In this document: piece by piece, positions 15,001 through 27,000 of the stretch
Position numbering within the stretch: the first letter of the stretch is position 1
Layout of the letters: each line of letters starts with the position of its first letter
Assembly: GCA_965203445.1 (NCBI GenBank)
Contig: OZ241883.1
Span: 576,001 to 640,000 of the forward strand
Direction of reading: 5' to 3'
Length of the DNA: 64,000 nt
DNA from: Candidatus Oxydemutator sp.
GTDB lineage: Bacteria; Pseudomonadota; Gammaproteobacteria; Poriferisulfidales; Oxydemutatoraceae
The notes under the pieces: generated by a model
Database searches by the model: none
Seen by the model: the letters and a program-made list of their open reading frames with translations, nothing else
Told to the model about the DNA's origin: nothing
Program-made: the position numbers and the translations under genes

Positions 15001-18000
15001 GCGCGTTGCGCAAGCCGACGTTGCGGATCACGCCGTCGGCGCCGACGGCGCCGAACAAACCCACGTGATACCGCTGCCCGTCCCCGGTCATCGTCAGATT
15101 GCTGATGACGTGGCCGTTGCCTTCAAAAACGGCGCTGTAGGCATCCCCCGGAAGGTCTTCAAGCCTGACGCCCCCGCCTATCGGCGTCCAGTCCGCTATG
15201 TCCGACAAGTCCAGGTCGGCCGACAACTCGTAGCCGGTGCACGTTCTTGGACAGGTCTTCGTCCCGTCGAAAACGGGAAACGCCGCGAAATAAGCGGCCC
15301 TGTTGGCACTGCTCACGCCCGCTATCCCGACACCGCCCAGGTCGTGGCCGATCGCCGCCAACTGCGACGTCGTCGCCACGTCTATCAAGGTGTCGCCGTC
15401 GTCGTTGTAGGCTATTCCGTCGCTGAACGCAATGGTGGTCCTGACGGAAACCGGCGCGCCCAGATCCACGCCACGCGCGGGCGCCCCCGTGAGCCGCGCG
15501 CCCGTCAACGTCACCACCAGCACCTCGGACAACTCGGACACGTCGTCATCGCGCACCTCCACCGAAAACGACGCGCTGACGGCGCCCGAGACGACGACCA
15601 CGGTGCTTGCGGTCACGCCGACAAAGTCGTCGGCGTCGACGTCGCCGCCGCCCACCGACCAATCCCAACGCACGCTCACCCCCGGCGGCAAGGCCTGCGG
15701 CAAGCGCACCACGTAACTCGCGCTCTCGCCTTCCGACACCGTCGCGCTGCCGGCGAGCGTCGCCACAAGCCTCACCTTCGGCTGCGCCTCCTGCTGCGAC
15801 GTGCGACGCGCCTGCACCGTGCCGGTAGAACCGCCGAACACCAGCACCGGGTAATCGAACACGCTGCCGAAATCCCACGGCGCGTCGTCGTTCAAGTCGC
15901 CGTCGCGTCCCCGATCCAAGCCGTCCACGTTCAACTGATCCCAACCCGCGTAGATCGTGCCCGCGGCCGTCGTCGGGACGCGCAACTCGCTCGATGTCTT
16001 CGAGGTGTCGTCCGGACTCGGCGCATTCGTTCCGCAGCAACGGCTCAGACCGCTGCGCTCGGCGTCAAAATAACTCGACTCCACCACGGCGCCGGCAACC
16101 CGGTTGCCTATCAAACCGCCGACCGTGCCGCTCCCCGTCGTTGCCCCGACCGAGTAGCTGGCGCTGACCACCGACGCGCCGCCGGCTACTCCCACCAGAC
16201 CGCCCGCGTTGCTTTCCTCTGCATGCACTCCCACGTCGGCGTAACTCGCCACCAGCCCGCCGTAATGACCCCCTATCAAACCGCCCACCCCGGATGCGCC
16301 GGATATGCGACCGCCACTGACGTAACTCGCCGCCACCGTGCCCTCGTTGCGACCCACCAGCGCACCGGTATAGGTGCTGCTGCGACCCAGGTCCACCCGC
16401 GCGTTGCGCAAGCCGACGTTGCGGATCGCGCCGTCGGCGCCGACGGCGCCGAACAAACCCACGTGATACCGCTGCCCGTCCCCGGTCATCGTCAGATTGC
16501 TGATGACGTGGCCGTTGCCTTCAAAAACAGCGGTGTAATAGTCCACCGGAGATTCCACCCCCGAGCCCCCGCCTAGCGGCGTCCAGTCGGGGATGCCGGA
16601 CAAGTCCAGGTCGGCCGACAACTCATAGCCGGTGCACGTTCTCGGACAGGTCTGCGTCTCGCCGAAAACGGGAAACGCCGCATAATAAGCGGCCCTGTTG
16701 GCACTGCTTACGCCCGCTATCCCGACACCGCCCAGGTCGTGGCCGATCGCCGCCAACTGCGACGTCGTCGCCACGTCTATCAAACCGTCGTTGTCGTCGT
16801 CGTAGTCTCTCTGGTCGCTCGCCTCGATCATGGTCCTGACGGAAACCGGCGCGCCCAGATCCACGCCACGCGCGGGCGCCCCCGTGAGCCTCGCGTCACT
16901 CAACGTTACCACTATGACCTCGGACAACTCGGGCTCGTCGTCGTCGCGCACCCCCACCGAAAACGACGCGCTGACGGCGCCCGAGGCGATGGCCACGGTG
17001 CCGGTCGTAGTGACAAAGTCGGCGGCGCTGACTTGGTCGCCGCCCACCTCCCAATCCCAACGCACGCTCGCCCCCGGCGGCAAGGCCTCCGGCAAACCCA
17101 CCACGTAACTCGCGGTGCTGCCTTCCGACACCGTCGCGCTGCCGGCGAGCGTCGGTGCGAGACTCACCTTCGGCTGCGCCTCCCGCTGCGACGCACGACG
17201 CATCGCGCTGGTCTCGGTAGCGCCGCCGAACACCAATATCGGATACTCGAACACGCTGCCGAAGTCCCACGGCGCGTCGTCGTTATAGTCGCCGTCGCGT
17301 CTCCGATCCACGCCGTCCACGTCCAACTGGTCCCAACCCGCGTAGATCGTGCCCGCGGTCGTCGTCGGGACGCGCAACTGAGAGGAAGTCCTGGGCGCGG
17401 TATCCGTAGTCGGCACGTTCGTTCCACAGCAACGGCTCAGGCCGCTGCGCTCGGCGTCAAAATAACTGGACTTCAGCGCGGCGGCAGCATGCTTCCTCCC
17501 TATCAAACCGCCGACCGTGCTCGTCCCCGTCGTTACCCCGACCGAGTAACTGGCGCTGACCACCGACGCGCCGCCGGCTTCGCCCACCAGACCGCCCGCG
17601 TTGCTTCCCTCTGCTTGCACCTCCACGTCGGCGTAACTCGCGACCAGACTGCCGTAATGACCCCCTATCAAACCGCCCACCCCAAAGGCGCCGGATACGC
17701 GACCGCCACTGACGTAACTCGCCGCCACCTTGCCCTCGTTGCGGCCCACCAGCGCACCGGTATAGGTGCTGCTGCGACCCAAGTCCACCCGCGCGTTGCG
17801 CAAACCCACGTTGCGGATCACGCCGTCGGCGCCGACGGCGCCGAACAAACCCACGCGATACCGCTGCCCGTCCCCGGTCATCGTCAGATTGCTGATGACG
17901 TGGCCGTTGCCTTCAAAAACCGCGGTGTAAGAATCCGGCGTACCTCCCCCGCCTATCGGCGTCCAATCCGCTACGTCGGACAAGTCCAGGTCGGCAGACA

Positions 18001-21000
18001 ACTCGTAGCCGGTGCACGTGCTGGGACAGGTCCGTTTCTCGTCGAAAAAGGGAAACGCCGCATAATAAGCGGATTTGTTAGTCTTGCCCACGCCCGCCAA
18101 CCCGACACCGCCCAGGTCGTAGCGTATCGCCGCCAACTGCGACGTCGTCTCCACGTCTATCAAGGTATCGCCGTCGCCGTTGTAGGTTGTTCCGTCGCTC
18201 GCCTCGATCATGGTCCTGACGGAAACCGGCGCGCCCAGATCCACGCCGCGCGCGGGCGCCCCCGTGATCCGCGCGCCCGTCAACGTCACCACCAGCACCT
18301 CGGAAAACTCGGGCTCGTCGTCGTCGAATATCGTCACCGAAAACGACGCGCTGACGGCGCCCGATTCGATGGCCACGGTGCTTGCGGTCACGCCGACAAA
18401 GTCGGCGGCGTCGACGTCGCCGCCGCCCACCGACCAATCCCAACGCACGCGCACCCCCGCAGGCAAGGCCTGCGGCAGGCGCACTACGTAACTCGCGCTC
18501 TCGCCTTCCGACACCGTCGCGCTGCCGGCGAGCGTCGCCGCAAGACTTGCCTTCGGCTGCGCCTCCCGCTGCAACGTGCGACGCATCGCCATAGTCTCGG
18601 TAGCGCCGCCGAACACCAATACCGGGTAATCGAACACGCTGCCGAAGTCCCACGGAGCGTCGTCGTTCAAATCGTCGTCGCCTCTCCGAGCCACGCCGTC
18701 CACGTTCAACTGGTCCCAACCCTCATAGATGGTTCCCGCGGCCATCGTCGGGGCGCGCAACTGGCCCGACGTCTTCGAGGTGTTGTCCGGATCCGGCGCC
18801 CTGAATCCGCAGCAAGCGCTCTGGCCGCTGCGCCCGGCCTCATAATAACTGGACCACACCACGGTGCCGGCGGCCATGTTCCCTATCAAGCCGCCACTCG
18901 GTAACCCCCCCGTCGTTCTCCCGACCGAGTAGCTGGCGCTCACCACCGACGCGAAACCGGTTGCGCCTACCAGACCGCCCACGTTGCTTTCATCCGCATG
19001 CACCCTCACGTCGGCGTAACTCGCCACCAACCCGCCGTAATGACTCCCCAATAAACCGCCCACGAACGCTCCGCCGGATATGCGACCGCCGCTGACGTAA
19101 CTCGCCGCCACCCCGCCCTCGCTGGTTCCCACCAGCGCACCTACGTGATCGGCATCCCTACCCAGGGACACCCGCGCGTTATGCAAACCCACGTTGCGGA
19201 TCCTGCCGTCGGCACCCACGGCGCCGAACAGACCCATGTAAAACCACTGTCCACTCCTGTTCATCCGCAAATTGCTGATGACGTGGCCGTTGCCTTCAAA
19301 AACGGCGGTGTAATAACCCACCGAATAGTTGTCATCCGGGATGCCCCCGCCTAGCGGCGTCCAGCCCGCGCCCGGGGCCGGCTCCACACTGGACAGGTCC
19401 AGGTCGTTCGCCAACTCGTAGCCGGTGCACGTTCTCGGACAGGTCCGTTTCTCGTCGAAAAAGGGAAACGCCGCAAAATAAGCGGCCCTGTTGGCAGTGC
19501 CCACCACACCCGCTATCCCGACACCGCCCAGGTCGTAGCGGATCGCCGCCAACTGCGACGTCGTCGCCACGTCTATCAAAGTGTCGTTGTCGTCGTCGTA
19601 GCCGGTGCCGTCGCTTAACTCGATGATGGTCATCACGGAAGCCGGCACGCCTAAGCGCACGTACTGCGGCGCCCCCGTGAGCCGCGCGCTTGCCAACGTT
19701 ACCACCAGGGCCTCGGACAATTCGGGCGCGTCGTCGTCGCGCACCTCCACCGAAAACGACGCGCTGCTCGCGCCGGAACCGATGGCCACGATGCCGGTCG
19801 TGCCGACAAAGTCGGCGATGTCGGCTTCGCCGCCGCCCACCGTCCAATTCCAGCTCGCGGTCACCCCTGTCGGCAGGATCACCGGCAAACTCACCACGTA
19901 ACTCGCGACCTCGCCTTCCGCCACCGTCGCGCTGCCGGTGAGCGCCGCCGCAAGACCTACCTGCGGCTGCGTCTCCCGCTGCGACGTGCGACGCGCCAAC
20001 CTGGTCTCGGTAGCGCCGCCGAACACCAGCACCGGGTAATCGAACGCGCTGCCGAAATCCCACGGCGCGTCGTCGTTGTAGTCGCCGTCGCCTTCCTGAT
20101 CCACGCCGTCCACGTTCAACTGGTCCCAACCCGCGTAGATCGTGCCCGCGGCCGTGGTCGGGGTGCGCAACCCGTGTGACGTCTGCCGGGCGTCGTCCGA
20201 ATCCCGCACGTTCGATCCGCAGCAACGGTCCTGGCCGCTGCGCTCTGCGTCAAAATAACTAGACTCCACCACGGCGCCGACGTTCCTGATCCCCATCAAG
20301 CCACCAGGGCTATCCCCCGTCGGTCTCCCGACCGAGTAACTGGCACGCACCACCGACGCGCCACCGGCTTCGCCTACCAGGCCGCCCACGCTATTTCCAT
20401 CCGCATGCACTGCCACGTCGGCGTAACTCGCCACTACCCTGCCCAAATTCCTCCCTACCAGGCCGCCCACGTGCCACGTGCCGGATATGCGACCGCCTAT
20501 CACGTAGCTCGCCGCCACTTGGCCCCGGTTGTCTCCCGCCAGCGCACCCGTATAAAGGCTACCGCCAACGTTATCGAACCTCACCTCCACCCGCGCGTTG
20601 CGCAAACCCACGTTGCGGATCACGCCGCTGGCACTCACGGCGCCGAACAAACCCGTGAAATACCACCGGCCCATCCTGACCACCCGCAAATTGCTGATGA
20701 CGTGGCCGTTGCCTTCAAAAACAGCGGTGTAAAAGTCCACCGAAGAATCCCCCACAAGGTCTTCGGACCTGATCCCCCCGCCTAGCGGCGTCCAGCCCGG
20801 CGCCGGGTGCGGCTCCACGCTGGACAGATCCAGGTCGGCCGCCAACTCGTAGCCGGTGCACGTGCTGGGACAGGATCGTATCTCATCAAACACGCCGAAC
20901 AAGGGAAACGCCACCCGATAAGCGGCCCTGTTGGCAGTGCTCACGCCCGCTATCCCGGCACCGCCCAGGTCGTAGCGGATCGCCGCCAACTGCGACGTCG

Positions 21001-24000
21001 TCGCCACCTCTATCAGGGTGTCGTCGTCGACGTCGTAGTCCGGCACGTCGCTGAACTCGATCGTGGTCTTCACGGAAACCGGCGCGCCCAGATCCACATT
21101 GCGCGCGGGCGCCCCCGTGAGCCGCGCGTTGCTTAACGTTACCACCAGTACCTCGGACAACTCAGGGATCGCGTCATCGAAGATCCTGACCGAAAACGAC
21201 GCACTGACGGCGCCCGAGGCGACGACCACGCTGCCGGTCACGCCGACAAAGTCGGCGACGGTGACTTCGTCGCCGCCCACAGACCAATCCCAACGCACGC
21301 TCACCCCCGGCGGCAAGGCCTGCGGCAAACTCACCACGTAACCCGCGCTCTCGCCTTCCGACACCGTCACGCTGCCGGTGAGCGTCGCCGCAAGACTTGC
21401 CCGTGGCTGCGTCTCCTGCTGCGACGTGCGGCGCATCGCCATCGTCTCGGTAGCGCCGCCGAACACCAGCACCGGATAATCAAACGCGCCGCCGAAGTCC
21501 CACGGCGCGTCGTCGTTGTAGTCGTCGTCGTCGTTCTGATCCACGCGGTCCACGTTCAACCGGTCCCAGCCCGCGTAGATGGTGCCCGCGGCCGTCGTCG
21601 GGGCGCGCAACTCGCTCGACGTCTGCCGGGCGTCGTCCGGATCCGGCGCGTTCAAGCCGCAGCAATCACGCTGGCCGCTGCGCTCCGCGTCAAAATAACT
21701 CGACTCCACCACGGCGCCGACGACCCGGTTCCCTACCAGGCCGCCGACCGGGCTGGCCCCCGCCGTTCTCCCGACCGAGTAGCTGGCGCTCACCACCGAC
21801 GCGCCACCGACCTCGCCCGCCAGACCACCCACGTTGCTTTCACCCGCCTGCACCTCCACGTCGGCGTAACTCGCCACCAGCCTGCCGTAATGACCCCCTA
21901 TCAAACCGCCCACGAACCATACGCCGGATATGCGACCGCCACTGACGTAACTCGCCGCCACCGTGCCCTCGTTGCGGCCCACCAGCGCGCCCGTGAACTC
22001 GCTGTTACTACCCAGGGACACCCGCGCGTCGCGCAAGCCCACGTTGCGGATAGTGCCGGCGGCGCCGACGGCGCCGAACAAGCCCACGCGATACCACTGC
22101 CCGGCCCTGGCCACCCGCATATTGCGGATGACGTGGCCGTTGCCTTCAAAAACCGCGGTGTAGGCATCCCCCGGAAGGTCATGAAGCATGACGCCCCCGC
22201 CTATCGGCGTCCAGCCAGGGCCCGGGGCCGGGTTCACGCTGGACAGATCCAGGTCGTTCACCAACTCGTAGCCGGTGCACGTTCTCGGACAGGTCTCCTG
22301 CTTGCCGAAAAAGGGAAACGCCGCCAGATACGCGTCCCTGTTCGCGTCGCTCACGCCCGCCAACCCGACACCGCCCAGGTCGTAGCGGATCGCCGCCAAC
22401 TGCGACGTCGTCTCCACGTCTATCAGGGTGTCGTCGTCGCCGTTGTAGTCTATCTCGTCGCTCACCTCGATCGTGGTCACCGCGGAAACCGGCACGCCCA
22501 GATCCACACCGCGCACGGGCGCCCCCGTGAGCCGCACGTTGCTCAACGTTGCCACCAGAGTCTCGGAAAACTCGGGCTCGTCGTCATCGCGCACCCTGAC
22601 CGAAAACGACGTGCGGTCGGCGCCCGAGGCGATGACCGCGTTGCCCGTGGTCGCGCCGACAAAGTCGGCGGTGTCGACTTCGCCGCCGCCCACGACCCAA
22701 CCCCAACGCATGATCACCCCCGGCGGCAAGGGCTCCGGCAAGCGCACCACGAAGCTCGCGACCTCGCCTTCCGACACCGTCGCGCTGCCGGTGATCGTCG
22801 CCGCAAGATTTACCTTCGGCTGCGCCTCCTGCTGCGACGTGCGACGCGCCTGCCGCGTTTCGGTAGCACCGCCGAACACCAGCACCGGGTAATCGAAGAC
22901 GCTGCCGAAGTCCCACGGACTGTCGTCGTTCAGGTTGTTGTCGTCGTTCTGATCCACGCCGTCCACGTCCAACTTGTCCCAACCCGCGTAGATCGTGCCC
23001 GCGGCCGTGGTCGGGATGCGCAAGTCGCGCGACCTCTTCGGTCCGCAGCAACGGCCCTCGCCGCTGCGCTGGCTGTCAAAATAACTTGAATCCACGTAAC
23101 CTGGCCCTATGTAACCGCCGTCGCCCCTAGCTCCTATCAAGCCGCCAGACGAGGAAGACCTATCTAATGTATTTGTCACTTTCCCGACGGAGTAACTGGC
23201 TTTCACGGACGAGCCGAAATAGACCAGGCCTACCAGGCCACCCACCCTGCTCCCAATCACTTCCACGTCGGCGTAACTCGCCACCACCTCACCGTCATTA
23301 ACTCCTATCAAGCCGCCCCCGGCCGAGAATAAGGATACGCGACCGCCAATCACGTAACTCGCCGCCACCTTGCCCCGGTTGTATCCCACCAGCGCACCTA
23401 CTTCTCTGAAGGATGAACCCGAATTCATCAGCACGTTACGCAAGCCCACGTTGCGGATTCTGCCGTTGGCGCCCACGGCGCCGAACAAACCTGTCCCACT
23501 CCAACCATCACGACTAAATAGGCGCCTATACTCCATCCTCAAATTGCGGATGACGTGGCCGTTGCCTTCAAAAACAGCGGCGTAACCAACTTCCTCCGGA
23601 TAGACAAAGAAAAAGCCCTGAGCAAGTCCGCCTATCGGCGTCCAGCCCGTGCCCGGGGCCGGGTTCACGCTGGACAGGTCCAGGTCGGCCGCCAACTCGT
23701 AGCCTTTGCACGTGCCCGGACAGGTGCGCGCCTCGTCGTAAACGGGAAACGCCGCCTGATAAGCCCGATAAGCGGCCTCGTTGGCACTGCTCACGCCCGC
23801 CAGCCCGGCGCCGCCCAGGTCGTAGCGGATCGCCGACAACTGCGACGTCGTCGCCACCTCTATCAAGTTGTCGTCATCAAAGTCGTAGTCTATCTCGTCG
23901 CTCACCTCGATCGTGGTCCTGACGGAAAGCGGCACGCCCAAACCCACGTGCGCGGGCGCCCCCGCGAGCCTCACGCCCGTCAACGTTACCACCATGACCT

Positions 24001-27000
24001 CGGACAACTCGGGCACGTCGTCATCGAACACCCGCACCGAAAACGACGCGCTGACGGCGCCCGAGGCGATGACCACGCTGCCCGCGGTCGTGCCGACGAA
24101 GTCGTCGGCGCTGACGTCGCCGCCGCCCACCGCCCAGCTCCAACTCGCGCTCACCCCCGCCGGCAAGACCATCGGCAGGCGCACCACGTAACTCGCGGTG
24201 CCGCCTTCCGACACGGTCTCGCTGCCGGCGAGCGTCGCCGCAACCGTTACCTCCAAGGCCCGCTGCTGCGACGTGCGACGCGCCGCCTGCGTGTCGGTGG
24301 CGCCGCCGAACACCAGCACCGGGTAATCGAACGTGCTGCCGAAATCCCACGGCGCGTCGTCGTTATAGTCGCCGTTGTGATCCACGCCGTCCACGTTCAA
24401 CCGGTCCCAACCCTCGTAGATGGTGCCCGCGGCCGCGGTCGGGGCGCGCAACTGAACGGAAGTCCTGGGCGCGTTGTCGGTAGTTGGTACATTGCTGCCG
24501 CAACACGCGGACTGGCCGCTGCGCTGTTTGTCAAAATAGCTTGTCTGTAGCGTGCCGGAAAGATAGTCCCCGACCAGACCGCCGGATGGAGACCCTTGCA
24601 GGCCGTCGCCGTCCCTGGTCAGCCTCGAGAGCGCGTAGCTGGCGCTGACTATGCCCCCGTTCGCAACGGCGCCTATCAACCCCCCCACGCTTCGCCCCGG
24701 CGACCGCTGATGCACCGGCACGTCCGCATAACTGGCAATCACGACGCCCCCGTCCAATCCGCCTACCAGACCGCCCAAGGCCGAACCGCCGCGCACTTGT
24801 CCGCCGCCGCCCACCACGTAACACGCCGCCACTTTGCCCGCGTTGTACCCCGCCAACGCGCCCGCCCCCATGCTTGCGCCGGACACGTCCGTATGCACGT
24901 TGTCCAAACCCACGTTGCGGATTATGCCGCCTGCGCCCACGGCACCAAAAAGGCCCACGTTATCGAGCCGGGCGGCTCCATTGTTCGCGCTGCGGATCGT
25001 TACATTGCTGATGACGTGGCCGTTGCCTTCAAAAACCGCGGTGTAATAATCCGACGTACCGGCCCCGCCTAACGGCGTCCAGTCCTCGCCGGCCAAGTCC
25101 AGGTCGGCCGACAACTCGTAGCCGGTACACGTGCCGGGACAGGTCTGCTCCACGTCGAAAAAGGGAAACGCCGCCAGATAAGCGGCCCTGTTGGCGCTGC
25201 TCACGCCCGCCAGCCCGGCACCGCCCAGGTCATAGCGGATCGCCGCCAACCGCGACGTCGTCGCCACCTGTATCAAGTCGTCGCCGTCGACGTCGTAGTC
25301 TATCTCGTCGCTCGCCTCGATCGTGGTCCTGACCGAAAGCGGCACGCCCAGACTCACGCGGCGCGGTGCTCCCGTGAGCCTCGCGCCCGTCAACGTTACC
25401 ACCAGCACCTCGGACAACTCAGGCACGTCGTCATCGAACACCCTGACCGAAAACGACGCGCTGCTCGCGCCGGAGCCGATGACTACGGCGCCGGTCGTGG
25501 CGACGAAGTCGGCGGCGTCGGCTTCGCCGCCGCCCACCGTCCAATCCCAGCTCGCGGTCACCCCTCTCGGCAGAATCACCGGCAGACTCACCACGTAACT
25601 CGCGGTGCCGCCTTCCGGCACGGTAACGCTGCCGGTGAACGCCGGCGCAAGAATTATCCGCGGCTGCGCTTCCTGCTGCGACGTGCGACGCATCGCCACA
25701 GTCTCGGTAGCGCCACCGAACACCAGCACCGGGTAATCGAACACGGTGCCGAAATCCCACGGCGCGTCGTCGTTATAGTCGCCGTCGTCTCCCTGATCCA
25801 CGTCGTCCACGTGCAACTTGTCCCAACCCGCGTAGAGGGTGCCCACCGCGGTGGTCGGGGCGCGCAACTGGTGTGACGCCCTCGGTTTGCAGCAACCACC
25901 CTGGCGACTACGCTCCTGGTCAAAATAACTGGACTCCACCACGGCGCCGGCCACCCGGTTCCCTATCAAACCGCCAATCGGGTAAATCCCCGTCACTCTC
26001 CCGACCGAGTAGCTGGCGCTCACCACCGACGCGCCACCGGCTTCGCCTATCAGACCGCCCACGTTAGCTCCATCTGCACGCACTTCCACGTCGGCGTAAC
26101 TCGCCACCAGCCTGCCGGCGTAATGACCCCCTATCAAACCGCCCACCCCCGCATTGCCGGATACGCGACCGCCAATGACGTAACTCGCCAACACTTCGCC
26201 CTCGTTGTCTCCCACCAGCGCACCTATAAACAAGCTATCACCACCCATTTCCACCCGCGCGTTGTGCAAGCCCACGTTGCGGATCACGCCGCCGGCGCCC
26301 ACCCTGCCGAACAAACCTATCTGCCACTCCCCGTCCCTGGCCACCCGCAAATTGCGGATGACGTGGCCGTTGCCTTCAAAAACGGCGGTGTAAGCATCCC
26401 CCGGCACGGCACGCGGAACCCCCCCGCCCAGCGGCGTCCAGCCTGGGCCCGGGGCCGGGTTCACACTGGACAGATCCAGGTCGGCCGACAACTCGTAGCC
26501 GGCGCACGTGCCCGGACAGGTCTGCTTCTCGTCGTAATGGGGAAACGCCGCCCGATAAGCCCGATAAGCGGCCTCGTTGGCACTGCTCACGCCCGCCAGC
26601 CCGGCACCGCCCAGGTCGTGGCGGATCATCGCCAACTGCGACGTCGTCGCCACCTCTATCAAGTTGTCGTCATCAAAGTCGTAGTCTATCTGGTCGCTCG
26701 TCTCGATCGTGGTCCTGACGGAAACCGGCACGCCCAAACTCACGTGGCGCGGCGCCCCGGTGAGCCTCGCGCCCGTCAACGTTACCACCAGCACCTCGGA
26801 CAACTCAGGCACGTCGTCATCGAACACTACCACCGAAAACGACGCGCTGACGGCGCCCGAGGCGATAACCACGCTGCCCGCGGTCGTGCCGACAAAGTCG
26901 TCGGCGCCGACGTCGTCGCCACCCACCGCCCAGCTCCAACTCGCGGTCACCCCCGCCGGCAAGACCAGCGGCAGACTCACCACGTAACTCGCGGTGCCGC

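Noticed and set aside
12434-16576. Long + strand ORFs (1,380 aa here; also 1,824 aa at 53790-59264, 849, 859, 721, 684 and 682 aa)
   Set aside because: They are the in-register antisense of the giant genes: Arg/His-rich, same periodicity, and open only because TTA/CTA/TCA codons are rare on the GC-rich sense strand.
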